NCBI GenBank assembly: GCA_965208155.1
Contig: OZ242322.1
Coordinates: 1,153,732 to 1,217,731 of the forward strand
Length of the DNA: 64,000 bases
Source: Thermodesulfobacteriota bacterium
Lineage (GTDB): Bacteria > Desulfobacterota_D > UBA1144 > Nemesobacterales > Nemesobacteraceae
Reading direction: 5' to 3'
This document shows, one piece after another, positions 19,761 through 29,722 of the stretch. Every line of letters starts with the position of its first letter. Within the stretch, counting starts at the first letter, position 1. The translations under genes were made by a program, and so were the position numbers. Under the pieces are notes generated by a model. That model ran no database searches, was not told the DNA's origin, and saw only the letters and a program-made list of their open reading frames with translations.

Positions 19761-21221
19761 TTGTTTGAGTTTATAAAATACTTCTGTACCCTGCTTTACG
19801 TTGTCTCCTCCGTTTTTCTCTGCATATTCGGTCTTCACCGCTACTACCTGGTGCATCTTTACTCGAGGACGAAGGCGTGCCGCGCCGCGGCCCCGCAGGG
19901 ACAAGAGCACCTTCAGCGCGTCACGGTGCAGCTTCCCGTCTATAACGAGATGTACGTGACCGAGAGGCTCATCCGCGCGGTCTGCGAGATTGACTACCCG
20001 AGGGATCTGCTCGAGGTACAGGTGCTTGACGACTCAACCGACGACACAAGCCGCATAGCGGCGCGCTGCACCGAGGAACTCCGGGCTGTCGGCTTTGACA
20101 TAAAGCATATCAGAAGGGAGACCCGCGAGGGGTACAAGGCGGGGGCGCTTGCCGCGGGCTGCGCGCAGGCAAGCGGGGAGTTACTCGCGGTTTTCGACGC
20201 GGATTTCGTTCCCCCGAGGGATTTTCTCCGAAGGACCGTGCCGTGCTTCGAGGACCCTGAGGTCGGGATAGTGCAGACGAGGTGGGGGCATCTTAACCGC
20301 GATTACTCGCTTCTCACGAAGGCACAGTCGGTGCTTCTTGACGGACATTTCGTCGTGGAGCAGGCCGCCCGGCACTCAAACGGACTTTTTCTTAACTTCA
20401 ACGGCACCGCCGGGGTTATCCGCAAAAAATGCATAGAGCAGAGCGGAGGGTGGCAGCACGATACCCTGACCGAGGATCTTGATCTCAGCTACAGGGCGCA
20501 GATAAACGGATGGCGCGCGGTCTACCTGCCCGACGTCGTATCGGACGCAGAGCTTCCCGTTGACATGAACGCCTTCAAGATACAGCAGCACAGGTGGGTT
20601 AAGGGAGGGATACAGACGGCGGGGAAGCTTTTGCCCTCGGTGCTTCGCGATTCCCAGATTCCGTTTAAGGTCAAGGCCGAGAGCGTGTTTCACCTCCTCG
20701 GTAATTTCAGCTATCTGTTTCTGCTCGGCACGATAATTCTCATAATACCCATGAGCTTCCTATGGGAGCGGATATGGCTTAACGACTTTTTCATAGCAAG
20801 CGTCACGGGGGTTGCCCTCGGCACTTTCGCCATAACAAGGTTCTACATACTGGCGGTGCGCGAGGCCCATGGCGCCCGGGCGCGGGAGTTCTACAAGTAC
20901 ATACCCGTTGCGCTAAGCGTCGGGGCGGGCATAGGCGTCAACAACGCCAAGGCCGTGCTTGAGGCGGTTCTGGGCAGGACATCGGGTTTTGTCAGAACTC
21001 CCAAGTACGCCGTCGTGGGCAGCCAAGGCCGGTGGAGAGCCTCTGCGTACGTTTCTTCAAAAGGGATTACTACCTTTTTCGAGGTTGTCCTCTCGGTTTT
21101 CTTCACGTTCCAGGTGGCGTACGTTCTCTACATGGGATTTTTCATCTGGGTTCCCTTCCTGCTTCTAATGCAGTTCGGCTTTACCTACACAGCTTTTCTC
21201 TCGATATATCACGGTTCGTGA
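19761..21221 (+). CDS. Family 2 glycosyltransferase, processive CesA/CslA-like (membrane-embedded)
   Basis: QVLDDSTDDT, DADFVPP (DxD), QTRWGH, QQHRWVKG (QxxRW). N- and C-terminal TM helices. Confidence 0.8.
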   Translation: MFEFIKYFCTLLYVVSSVFLCIFGLHRYYLVHLYSRTKACRAAAPQGQEHLQRVTVQLPVYNEMYVTERLIRAVCEIDYPRDLLEVQVLDDSTDDTSRIAARCTEELRAVGFDIKHIRRETREGYKAGALAAGCAQASGELLAVFDADFVPPRDFLRRTVPCFEDPEVGIVQTRWGHLNRDYSLLTKAQSVLLDGHFVVEQAARHSNGLFLNFNGTAGVIRKKCIEQSGGWQHDTLTEDLDLSYRAQINGWRAVYLPDVVSDAELPVDMNAFKIQQHRWVKGGIQTAGKLLPSVLRDSQIPFKVKAESVFHLLGNFSYLFLLGTIILIIPMSFLWERIWLNDFFIASVTGVALGTFAITRFYILAVREAHGARAREFYKYIPVALSVGAGIGVNNAKAVLEAVLGRTSGFVRTPKYAVVGSQGRWRASAYVSSKGITTFFEVVLSVFFTFQVAYVLYMGFFIWVPFLLLMQFGFTYTAFLSIYHGS

Positions 21222-21389
21222 GAGATTTTCGCAGATATTGGGTTTTTGCCGTTTCCGGGTTCTGTTAAAACTCCCTGTCTTCTTGCGGTTAGGGGTATAC
21301 GCTTGACATGTACCGGAGTCTCGACAGCCTATTCTCAGATTACCAGTATGAGTCTGCGGGTGGTCTATGTTGTGCAGAAAATATTCTTG

Positions 21390-21417
21390 TAAATTGGGAA
21401 GGTTTATGTATAATTTG
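21390..21417 (+). promoter_or_regulatory. Candidate sigma70-type promoter for the downstream ATPase gene, possibly leaderless
   Basis: TTGTAA-16nt-TATAAT ending 6-8 nt before the ATG at 21423. Confidence 0.3.
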
Positions 21418-21422
21418 CAAGC

Positions 21423-22595
21423 ATGATAGAACGTCACACCTACAACACACTAAGGAAAGCTTTGAGCCGACAGGCCGCCGTGGTGCTGGTCGGTCCGCGT
21501 CAGGTCGGCAAGACAACTCTTGCGCTTGATATTGCTGAGAAGTTAGATGCTCTGTACCTTGATCTTGAAGCCAGTGCGGACCGCGCAAAGCTGTCCGATC
21601 CCGAGCTGTTCCTCAAATCCTATGAAGATTGCCTTGTCATTCTTGACGAGATTCACCGCGTTCCGGAACTGTTTTCCGAACTGCGCGGCCTGATTGATAA
21701 GGGAAGGCGGCGGGGGAAACGGACGGGGCGCTTCCTGATCCTCGGGTCGGCATCAATCGATCTGCTCAGGCAATCTGGGGAAAGCCTTGCGGGACGGATA
21801 GAATATGTTGAACTGAATCCGCTGAATGTGCTTGAAGCGGGAGGAGATGACGATTCCTTGAACTTGCTCTGGGTGCGCGGCGGGTTCCCGGACAGTTTTC
21901 TCGCCCAAGACAATGGCGACAGTCTGGCTTTCCGTCGCAATTTCATCCGTACCTATCTTGAACGCGATGTGCAGCAGTTCGGATGGCGTATTCCCGCGGA
22001 GACCCTTGAACGCCTCTGGACTATGCTCGCTCACGGACAAGGCACACTGCTGAACACCTCGAAGCTTGCATCCGGTCTTTCTATAAGCGCCCGCACCTTG
22101 ACTGGCTATATAGACCTGCTGACCGACCTTTTACTTGTGCGCCGACTGCGACCGTTCCATGTCAATGTGCGAAAGCGCCTAGTGAAATCGCCGAAAGTCT
22201 ACGTGCGCGACAGCGGAATAGTCCACGCCCTTCTAGGGGTCATGGATTACAATTCCCTCGCGGGTCATCCCGTAGTCGGCGCGAGCTGGGAGGGTTTCGT
22301 GATAGAAAACCTTCTGTCCGTCGCTCCTGCTGAAACTAGGGCGAGCTTTTACCGCACCTCGGCGGGTGCGGAGATTGACCTTGTGCTTGAACTGCCCGGA
22401 AGACGCGGTCCCTGGGCAATCGAAATCAAGCGTGGCCTAAGCGGTGCCTTGGGCAAGGGTTTTCGAAACGCCGTTGAGGACATCAAGCCCGAGCGATCTT
22501 TTGTCGTTACCGCCGGTTCTGATCGCTACCCGGTTGCAAAGGACGTCGAGGCGATCGGTCTTCGGGAGATGGCGTCAGTTCTCAGGAAGCAGTGA
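21423..22595 (+). CDS. AAA+ ATPase with C-terminal DUF4143 (COG1373 family)
   Basis: VGPRQVGKTT Walker A; ILDEIHR Walker B; 390 aa. Confidence 0.8.
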   Translation: MIERHTYNTLRKALSRQAAVVLVGPRQVGKTTLALDIAEKLDALYLDLEASADRAKLSDPELFLKSYEDCLVILDEIHRVPELFSELRGLIDKGRRRGKRTGRFLILGSASIDLLRQSGESLAGRIEYVELNPLNVLEAGGDDDSLNLLWVRGGFPDSFLAQDNGDSLAFRRNFIRTYLERDVQQFGWRIPAETLERLWTMLAHGQGTLLNTSKLASGLSISARTLTGYIDLLTDLLLVRRLRPFHVNVRKRLVKSPKVYVRDSGIVHALLGVMDYNSLAGHPVVGASWEGFVIENLLSVAPAETRASFYRTSAGAEIDLVLELPGRRGPWAIEIKRGLSGALGKGFRNAVEDIKPERSFVVTAGSDRYPVAKDVEAIGLREMASVLRKQ

Positions 22596-22784
22596 CAGCA
22601 GTCCCCCTGCCTCCCCGGCGAAGGGGCGACTTACGTCCGGTTCCAGATTGTTCCGAAAGGAACAGCCCACAGCCCGTCACCCATGGAACCCGCGAGTTCT
22701 CCCGAATAGAGTACGATTCCCGTAAATTGCCTTTCGCGGGCGATGTTTTCCCGAAACCATTTAAGGCTCCTGAAGTCATTTTTT

Positions 22785-24653
22785 CTATGGGTGCAAAGTT
22801 TGGTTAGATCCCGGTTTTTCTTTGCCGGGATTGGAGTATGGGAAGTGACTCAGGCGGGTCGGAAGGTCCGGGATATTGAAGATTTTCCTCATGTTTCCGG
22901 GATACTTTTGCACGGCTTTTTTCGTATCTTCCACTCCCTTCCTGACAACTTGCCCGTCAAGATTGACGAAACTCTTCGCCAGGGTTTTCTCTCCTTTGAG
23001 AATAATCCCAACGTAATTCGGATTCTTAAGATTCCTGGTAAACGGCATATCTTCGGCCATGGTGGTCAATGTACGTTCCAGTGAGCAGTTGCCCCCCTTC
23101 CTGCGCTCATCGCGTTTCACTCCTCGAAAGAATTGCTCCATCAGGTTGTTGGTACGCTGCGGTTGAATCTCAATTGTGCCCCTGTCACAGTTCACAATCA
23201 GAGGTTCTGTAAAAAGCCTGCCCCAGTATTTGTCAATCTGCTTGACCATCTTTGCGTAATCCTTCTCCTCAGCCCCAAGACGCTTAATCTGCTCATCATT
23301 ACGAAACGCGGTTACTCCTTGTCTTATTGTTCGCATATTCGTTTCACCCGTATCGTTAAGTCCACTGCTGCTGTCCGGCAAAGCAATTCGCATCGCGTCG
23401 CGAAGCCGGTCAAATACATCTGTTCTTTCTTCCATCATCACGCTCTTGTCCAACAGAACAGAATCATTAAGCGCTCTGCGCAGGGGTGAAAGAATTACCT
23501 TGCGCGCCACAGATTCGGACATTTGTGTCTTGAGTCTTTCCAGAGCCGGATAAGCCAACACCAGCCGCCGGTAAACGTTGAGATGAGGTCGGTCAAATGG
23601 AAATCCTAAACCGTCTGACTGGCTTTTAGCCTCCACAATCCACGCCGCGAGCATATAGGCCCACACAATTGCTGACAGATTCATCTCTGCGCGCTTCTCA
23701 TCACTCGTCTTCAGATAAAGAAGCAAACCATCCGCGTCTACAGGATTACAGTCAATCTCCGCTTTTAACTCTCTTATCATCTTACGCAGAGTTCCACTCA
23801 CATTGTATCCCCGCATTTTGCGCCGTACTCTATCATACGGGCCACTCAACAAATCTTTGCCTATATCTCTTAAAAAATGAAAATGACATATAGTGTCGGG
23901 AACATCAGGGAAGACTTCTTGAACCGCCTTGATAATAGCGCCGCCCATATCATGCACCAGACAAACCGGGTCTCCGTAAGCGCTTTTGATTCCCTGGAGG
24001 AAAGGAATAATTCCAGCTGAATTCTCCGAGGGGATTTTAACACCTCCGAGCACAAGACCCGATAATCCGTCAATGCAGCACATCAAATGCGGACTGCCGC
24101 CTTCGCATGTGCCGTCGAGGTGCAGGATATAGCCGCCACTTGATGCTTCCATAAACTGTCTCAACGATGACTGGCTGTTGCGGTGCGCGTGGCCGAGGTA
24201 TACGATGAACCGCCGACACAGAACTTCTATCTCGCGCAGCGAGATATCAATATGACGAGCCTTTAACGCAAACTGAATAGATTGCTGGCTCCGGGAATGC
24301 TCAAAACGCTCCCGACCGATGTATTCGATCACGTCAAATCCGAACTTGCAATGCGGGGCAACGAGACGATCAAGTTCATCGGGTCTGAACACCTTGTGAC
24401 ACTCAGGGCAGCACCGGTAATTCAAAACAGCATGAAACTCACCGATGTCCATAGTGACCACCGTGCGTCTTTGGGTCTTGTACGCTTTCAATGCGCCCCC
24501 GCATGGACAAACCGCTGCGTCAGGTTGAAATTCAAGCTCCGGGGTTTTGGGAAACAAATTGCGAATGCTCAGCCCCGCAGCGTAAGCGTCAATCATACGA
24601 CGCAATTGTTCAATCAGGTATGAAGCGTCGTTTTTTTTTCCGTAAACACACAA
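22785..24653 (-). CDS. Putative transposase with N-terminal zinc ribbon (622 aa); family unassigned (ISL3 / ISLre2 / ISNCY-like?)
   Basis: CPCGG...CCPECH zinc ribbon. Large alpha/beta core with conserved acidic/His residues (ICHFHFLRDIGKD). Preceded by a small overlapping ORF, as in two-ORF ISs. Confidence 0.55.
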   Translation of the reverse strand: MCVYGKKNDASYLIEQLRRMIDAYAAGLSIRNLFPKTPELEFQPDAAVCPCGGALKAYKTQRRTVVTMDIGEFHAVLNYRCCPECHKVFRPDELDRLVAPHCKFGFDVIEYIGRERFEHSRSQQSIQFALKARHIDISLREIEVLCRRFIVYLGHAHRNSQSSLRQFMEASSGGYILHLDGTCEGGSPHLMCCIDGLSGLVLGGVKIPSENSAGIIPFLQGIKSAYGDPVCLVHDMGGAIIKAVQEVFPDVPDTICHFHFLRDIGKDLLSGPYDRVRRKMRGYNVSGTLRKMIRELKAEIDCNPVDADGLLLYLKTSDEKRAEMNLSAIVWAYMLAAWIVEAKSQSDGLGFPFDRPHLNVYRRLVLAYPALERLKTQMSESVARKVILSPLRRALNDSVLLDKSVMMEERTDVFDRLRDAMRIALPDSSSGLNDTGETNMRTIRQGVTAFRNDEQIKRLGAEEKDYAKMVKQIDKYWGRLFTEPLIVNCDRGTIEIQPQRTNNLMEQFFRGVKRDERRKGGNCSLERTLTTMAEDMPFTRNLKNPNYVGIILKGEKTLAKSFVNLDGQVVRKGVEDTKKAVQKYPGNMRKIFNIPDLPTRLSHFPYSNPGKEKPGSNQTLHP

Positions 24654-25309
24654 AGAATATGCTCAACCTGACCCAGTGTCACATAGCGTCCTCTGTCCCC
24701 AAGCGACTTTACAATGGAAGCGCTGTCCATATCCAGCTTGTACTCTCTTATAGCGGTGGTCAATACGTCAATAACCAGCCACCCCGGCAACTGTTCCCCA
24801 CCGGGAATGCGAAACTGATACCGTGCCGCCTTCTGTTCTTCACACCGCTCCCTCTTGGCGCTGAGATACAGATAGACGCCCCCTGAAATCTCCCGCGTAA
24901 TCTTCTCCTCACGTACCAGATACAGAGGCGCATTCTGCACTCGTACATTTAACTGCTTCTCCAACTCATTGAGTGTGTATCCGGCGGGAGAACGATGTAC
25001 CAGTGTCGCTATGGTGGCCTTGAGATTGCCGGCTTTGGAAAAACCTATGCCGTCATACTGCCATAAACCAGCTTCATCAAAAACCGGAATATCGCTCAGA
25101 GTGTAATAGATTCCGTTGTGCGAATAGCTTGAGAGATATCCAAGAGCATTCAAACGGTTGTAGACACTGATGCGTGAAGATGTTTTCAGTATCTTCAAGA
25201 GTTCCGGCAGAGTGGCGACACGGTTTTTTTTAAAGCAGGCTCGCAGCGCTTTGGCCGAGTCTGTGATTGAGAGCATATAGACCTCCTTCCTGGTTGCTAT
25301 ATAGTACAT
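24614..25309 (-). CDS. IS-associated accessory protein (231 aa, unknown function), overlapping the transposase start by 40 nt
   Basis: Co-oriented; its 3' end overlaps the transposase start. No motif recognised. Confidence 0.4.
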   Translation of the reverse strand: MYYIATRKEVYMLSITDSAKALRACFKKNRVATLPELLKILKTSSRISVYNRLNALGYLSSYSHNGIYYTLSDIPVFDEAGLWQYDGIGFSKAGNLKATIATLVHRSPAGYTLNELEKQLNVRVQNAPLYLVREEKITREISGGVYLYLSAKRERCEEQKAARYQFRIPGGEQLPGWLVIDVLTTAIREYKLDMDSASIVKSLGDRGRYVTLGQVEHILCVFTEKKTTLHT

Positions 25310-25482
25310 GTCTAAACAGTATACTATATAGGACTTCGCCCGATAAAACCAGAGGATTCAGTATATTTTGATCGAAAACAGGGGTTTTTAGAAGGAATTT
25401 GGACAGAACGTGGCTTCTGACATGTTTGATGTGGTATAATGTATCATCTGTAAATCAAGTGTTTTCAATACGTTAGGAAAAT

Positions 25483-26598
25483 CTAACTAAGTTTTGCGCT
25501 CATAGCATTTTTTCCAATGGCTGAGCCCGACTTGATTTCGATCCCGAGTAGCGCCCCGTCATCTCTTTCAACCAGGAACTCAATCTCGCGCTTTTCGCGG
25601 TCACGGTAATGAAACAGGTTGTATCTTCCGGCGCTGGCATCCGTCTGGGCGGCTATTTCGTTGAACATGAAGGTTTCGATCAGCTTGCCCGAGCGATAAG
25701 CGTCCATGCGGATCAGCTGCCTGTTCCAGCCGAGAATCGAAGACATAAGTCCCGAGTCGGTCATAAAAAGTCTGGGGCGCCGCCCCGTCCGCGCGTAATC
25801 GGTGCGTTTCCACGCCCTTATGCGCTCGACCACATACAGGGCTTCCAAGGCATTTATATATGTCTCGACCGTGGGGCGAGCAATGGAAAGTCCGGCGCCT
25901 ATGGATGAGATGTCCATGAATTTGCCCGACCATGCCGCCAGGGTGTGTATCAGTTCGCTCATGGCGTCGCGTCGCTGGATACGCCCGAGGTCCCTCAGGT
26001 CGCGCTCCAAAAGCGCGTGCACGTAATCCCGATGCCATAGTCTTCGTTCTGCCTCTCCAAGCAGAATGGCTTCCGGGAAACCGCCTCCAAAAGAGATGTC
26101 CAGCATAGTGTCACGGTCGTAAGCGCGGTCGGGATGGCAGAAATCCTGTCTGAAAGCCCGGTCAAGGAAATCCGGAGGCGCCCCCAGAATTTCTCCATGC
26201 GTGAGCGGACGCAGCCGTACCTTTCTTATGCGCCCGGCGAGAGATTCCCGCACCCCGGGGGAAGACTGTATGTCGGCCGAACCCGTCAGCAGGTATTGTC
26301 CGGGCCTTGTATCTTCATCTACATTTATCTTGATTGCGGAAAGCAGATCGGGAGCACGCTGGATTTCGTCAATGAAGAGGGTTTTTCCCGAGTGCCTAAC
26401 GAAGCCTCGCGGGTCGGTTTCGGCAATCTGCCGTACGGCCGGATCATCTAAAGCGCGGTAGGCGATATCCTCTGAAACCAATTCCTTGGCAAGAGTAGTC
26501 TTGCCGCATTGCCGCGCTCCGCAGAGCAACCCCACGCGGCGCGTTTCGAGGGCTTTTTCCAAAGTGTCCCGCTGCCAGCGGACATAAGAACGTGACAT
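25483..26598 (-). CDS. AAA+ ATPase with C-terminal DUF4143 (COG1373 family), paralog of 21423-22595
   Basis: CGARQCGKTT Walker A; FIDEIQR Walker B; 371 aa. Confidence 0.8.
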   Translation of the reverse strand: MSRSYVRWQRDTLEKALETRRVGLLCGARQCGKTTLAKELVSEDIAYRALDDPAVRQIAETDPRGFVRHSGKTLFIDEIQRAPDLLSAIKINVDEDTRPGQYLLTGSADIQSSPGVRESLAGRIRKVRLRPLTHGEILGAPPDFLDRAFRQDFCHPDRAYDRDTMLDISFGGGFPEAILLGEAERRLWHRDYVHALLERDLRDLGRIQRRDAMSELIHTLAAWSGKFMDISSIGAGLSIARPTVETYINALEALYVVERIRAWKRTDYARTGRRPRLFMTDSGLMSSILGWNRQLIRMDAYRSGKLIETFMFNEIAAQTDASAGRYNLFHYRDREKREIEFLVERDDGALLGIEIKSGSAIGKNAMSAKLS

Positions 26599-26713
26599 GA
26601 TCCTAAACTCGCTGTATTGCTATTTCCGTATCCGCGATTTTGCAAAAATTGCACCCGCGTTTTTATAGAAATAATACTCGCGTTTTTATAGAAGACAATG
26701 TTCCCAGGTTGTA

Positions 26714-29700
26714 TTATCCGGCATCGTTGTTTTTCCGCTGCTGCGCCCTGCTGCTTTCTATCGTCTTTTTGATCCGGGCTGTTTCCCCCTCCCCGGAGGC
26801 GTCGTCCGATCTGGCGTTATCGAGGCGCTCACGCACTCCTTTGGTAGAGCGCTTAAGGCGCTCTCCGCCCTTAAGTATCTCCTCCCGCCCCGCCCCGGGG
26901 TCTTCTGCGGTCCTTGTCGCGGCGCTCCCGATTCCGTCCCGGGCCCGCTCACGCGCCCGTCCCGCTTCCTCTCTCACCGCGGCTGAATCTTCCTCTATGG
27001 AGCTTTGCGTCCGCTCCACTCCGGCGCCACCTGCCCCTCCCGCCGACTTTGCGTATCCCCCGAAGGCCCCCTCCGCGTCGACCTCGAACCTGCGTACGTC
27101 CCCGAGACCGTAGCTGTCAGCAGGCATAGCGGCGACCGATTCCCTTTCCCTGGTCCCGCTCCCCGCCCCGATGAGTCCCGAAAGACCCGTAACCCTGTGT
27201 ATCGACCCGGAGACGGCTTCCGCTTCCTCCGTGTCGTATCTTCCGTCGCGAAGGTCGGCAAGTCCTCTGGCCGCGTAGCCGTCCGAATAGCCCTGCCCCC
27301 TCATGTCGGCAAACACCGTCTGGGTGTACTCCCTCTCAAGCCCCGCGCCGAAGGAGCTTTCCCCGGAGAGCACTTCGGAGTACGCCCTTGCCTTCTCCCT
27401 CTGGGAGGAGTAGTCCTGAAGGGAGCTTCTTGCTGAGCGAAGCTCGGCCCTTGTCTCCTCTGAGTCCCGGGCCGTGAACTGCATGCTCTCGCGTGCCTCT
27501 TTTGATGAAAGCGTGCTCTCAAGCTCGGAAAAAGCCGTTGAGAAATTCACCCGGGAGTTAGAACTCGAGGCAAACTCCCGGGCTTCCTCGTATCTCTCGG
27601 AGGCGCTTGAGTCCGTCTTTCGCGCTCCCCGCGCCTTTATCCCGGCTCCGACCGACGCTCCCCCGCCGCCGAGGCCCGCGGAGGTCCCCGCCCGAGCACC
27701 CGCCTCGTAGACCATCGCGGTGTCCCACGACATCTTGAGCGACTCCTGGCGGGAGAGGCCGAACCTGCTCTGAAGGCTCTCGGCCGTCTCAAGCACGGTC
27801 GCGAGATCCTTTTTCTCGCCCGTCACGCTTGAGAGCCCGAGCACCTCGGAGTAGCTCTTCTCGTCAGCCGCCGTGCGCGAGGCCCCGACCACCCGCACGG
27901 ACGCCGCGGCCGCGGAATCCGTTACCGCCTCCCTGCTCGCCTCCATGTTCCTCATGGTGTCGGCGAGTTCCTCCCTCGCCGCAAAGCGCACCCCCTCCGT
28001 TCCCGTTATCCGCATCCCGCCCACGCTCGAGGCCGGCTGATCGTAGACATTTTCGTAGCGGCGGCTGAGATTGCCCGTTATGGTCTCCCGCGCGATGTCT
28101 GACTTGTTCGCCGTCACAGTGTCGTAGCGCCCTGTCGCGACCGACACGTTTCCAAGCGATATGTTTCCGGCGGCGTGGGCCCCGGCCGTCTGGGTCGAGA
28201 TCGACTGCGTGGGTCCCATGAACTGCTGCACGGCTCCCACCACGGCGTGCTGGCTCGCGGAGACGACGTAGTAGGCGATCATGGGGACTATGGTGGCCGC
28301 AAGCCCCGCGACCGCCATTGCCATGTCGCTCTCGTGGACCACCGACCCCCTTGATATCACGGTGAGCGAGCCGTCCGTGTAGGGCTCAAGCGCTCTTGAG
28401 AGCTTCAGGCTCGAGAACAGGTTCACTATGGCGTATATGGGATTCCAGAGCTCGGTCCAGAGCATCGCGATCAGGTAGGCGGGGATTATGCGCGCGGCAA
28501 GCGGCGTCATCGCCAGGAAGATCACCGCGGGGAATATGCCGTAGAGCATTCCCTGGAGAAGCCCCCTTATGTAGGGGAGGGTGTGGCGGGCCATCTCCCC
28601 CAGCACGAGAAACGAGTGTTTCTGCCTCGCGCGCGCCTCGGCGATAGAGAGGCTGAGAAGCGAGGCCTCCGAACCCCCGGCGACCGCAAGCGACCTCACC
28701 GAGCGCGAGTAGCTGTTTATCATGGCGTTCTGGATGATTATCTCCTTTGCCGACATCGAGACCCCGGCAAGCTCCCTGTACGATTCACGAAGGGCCTCGG
28801 TGAAGCCGGCGGTGTCGGTTATGTTCGTCTGGCGGTTGACGAAGCCGGATTCCTCGGCAAGCTCAACCGACCACCCGGGGTAGTAGGCGCCGAGGCAGGC
28901 TCGCACCCCTGCGTGGGCCTCCCCGCAGTAGGCGAGTATGGGTCTTGGGGCCGCGGAGCAGTCCCCCGCGCTCGGAGGGGAGGCGTACGCGCCCGCGGGC
29001 AGAGAGACGTTCGTGTGGAGTTCGACAAAACGGTAGTTTGCCGTTCCCATGGAGGAGAAAAGGTCGGCCGACTTCTCAAGGCTGGCCGGGCTCAGAAGCC
29101 CCGAGGTTACGCTCTTTAGGCCGCACTCCCTAACAAACGAGTCAAGCGTGTTGGCGAGATGAGGCTCCGCGACCGCAAACGAGGTCGAGCGCTTTATGAG
29201 CTCGGCGCCGCGCAGCAGCCCGTTTTTCGAGTAGCTGAGCGAGTCGGGAAGCGAAAACGCTCCCTCCATAATCTTGGTGAGGCCGCCCCCGACCCCCGAA
29301 GTCGCCCAGGCGAACACGCCGACCCCGGCCGGCACCGAGGATATCACTCTCGTGTACGAGGTCACCCTGTCGTAGACCGCCATGTCGACCTTAACGCCAA
29401 AGAGCGTCATGTAGATGAGTATGGAGAGCGCGAACTGGTGGCCCGGCGCCATCCTTCCTCCGAAAAGAGAGGACAGAACCGCAAGCAGTATGCCGGCCAC
29501 GAGTCCCAGGCGTATGAGACCCAGCAGACCCGAGCCCGCGAGGATCGCTATTGAGTTCAGCACCTCGGCTATGAACTGCCCGTTTCCGTAGGTGTCTATC
29601 TGGAAGACTCCCTGCGCCCCCGCCGTCTCCGGGAAAAGCAGCACCCCGGCAAGCGCGGCAGCCCCGAGCGCAAAAGCAGGCCCCGGAACCTCGCCGCGCG

Positions 29701-29716
29701 CGTTTTTTCTGCCCAT
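26714..29716 (-). CDS. traG: F-type conjugal transfer protein TraG (mating-pair stabilisation / pilus assembly; TraG_N domain with a long low-complexity C-terminus)
   Basis: 1000 aa. Polytopic N-terminal TraG_N region. Last gene of the tra operon, following traH as in F. Confidence 0.8.
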   Translation of the reverse strand: MGRKNARGEVPGPAFALGAAALAGVLLFPETAGAQGVFQIDTYGNGQFIAEVLNSIAILAGSGLLGLIRLGLVAGILLAVLSSLFGGRMAPGHQFALSILIYMTLFGVKVDMAVYDRVTSYTRVISSVPAGVGVFAWATSGVGGGLTKIMEGAFSLPDSLSYSKNGLLRGAELIKRSTSFAVAEPHLANTLDSFVRECGLKSVTSGLLSPASLEKSADLFSSMGTANYRFVELHTNVSLPAGAYASPPSAGDCSAAPRPILAYCGEAHAGVRACLGAYYPGWSVELAEESGFVNRQTNITDTAGFTEALRESYRELAGVSMSAKEIIIQNAMINSYSRSVRSLAVAGGSEASLLSLSIAEARARQKHSFLVLGEMARHTLPYIRGLLQGMLYGIFPAVIFLAMTPLAARIIPAYLIAMLWTELWNPIYAIVNLFSSLKLSRALEPYTDGSLTVISRGSVVHESDMAMAVAGLAATIVPMIAYYVVSASQHAVVGAVQQFMGPTQSISTQTAGAHAAGNISLGNVSVATGRYDTVTANKSDIARETITGNLSRRYENVYDQPASSVGGMRITGTEGVRFAAREELADTMRNMEASREAVTDSAAAASVRVVGASRTAADEKSYSEVLGLSSVTGEKKDLATVLETAESLQSRFGLSRQESLKMSWDTAMVYEAGARAGTSAGLGGGGASVGAGIKARGARKTDSSASERYEEAREFASSSNSRVNFSTAFSELESTLSSKEARESMQFTARDSEETRAELRSARSSLQDYSSQREKARAYSEVLSGESSFGAGLEREYTQTVFADMRGQGYSDGYAARGLADLRDGRYDTEEAEAVSGSIHRVTGLSGLIGAGSGTRERESVAAMPADSYGLGDVRRFEVDAEGAFGGYAKSAGGAGGAGVERTQSSIEEDSAAVREEAGRARERARDGIGSAATRTAEDPGAGREEILKGGERLKRSTKGVRERLDNARSDDASGEGETARIKKTIESSRAQQRKNNDAG

Positions 29717-29722
29717 GGCTCC

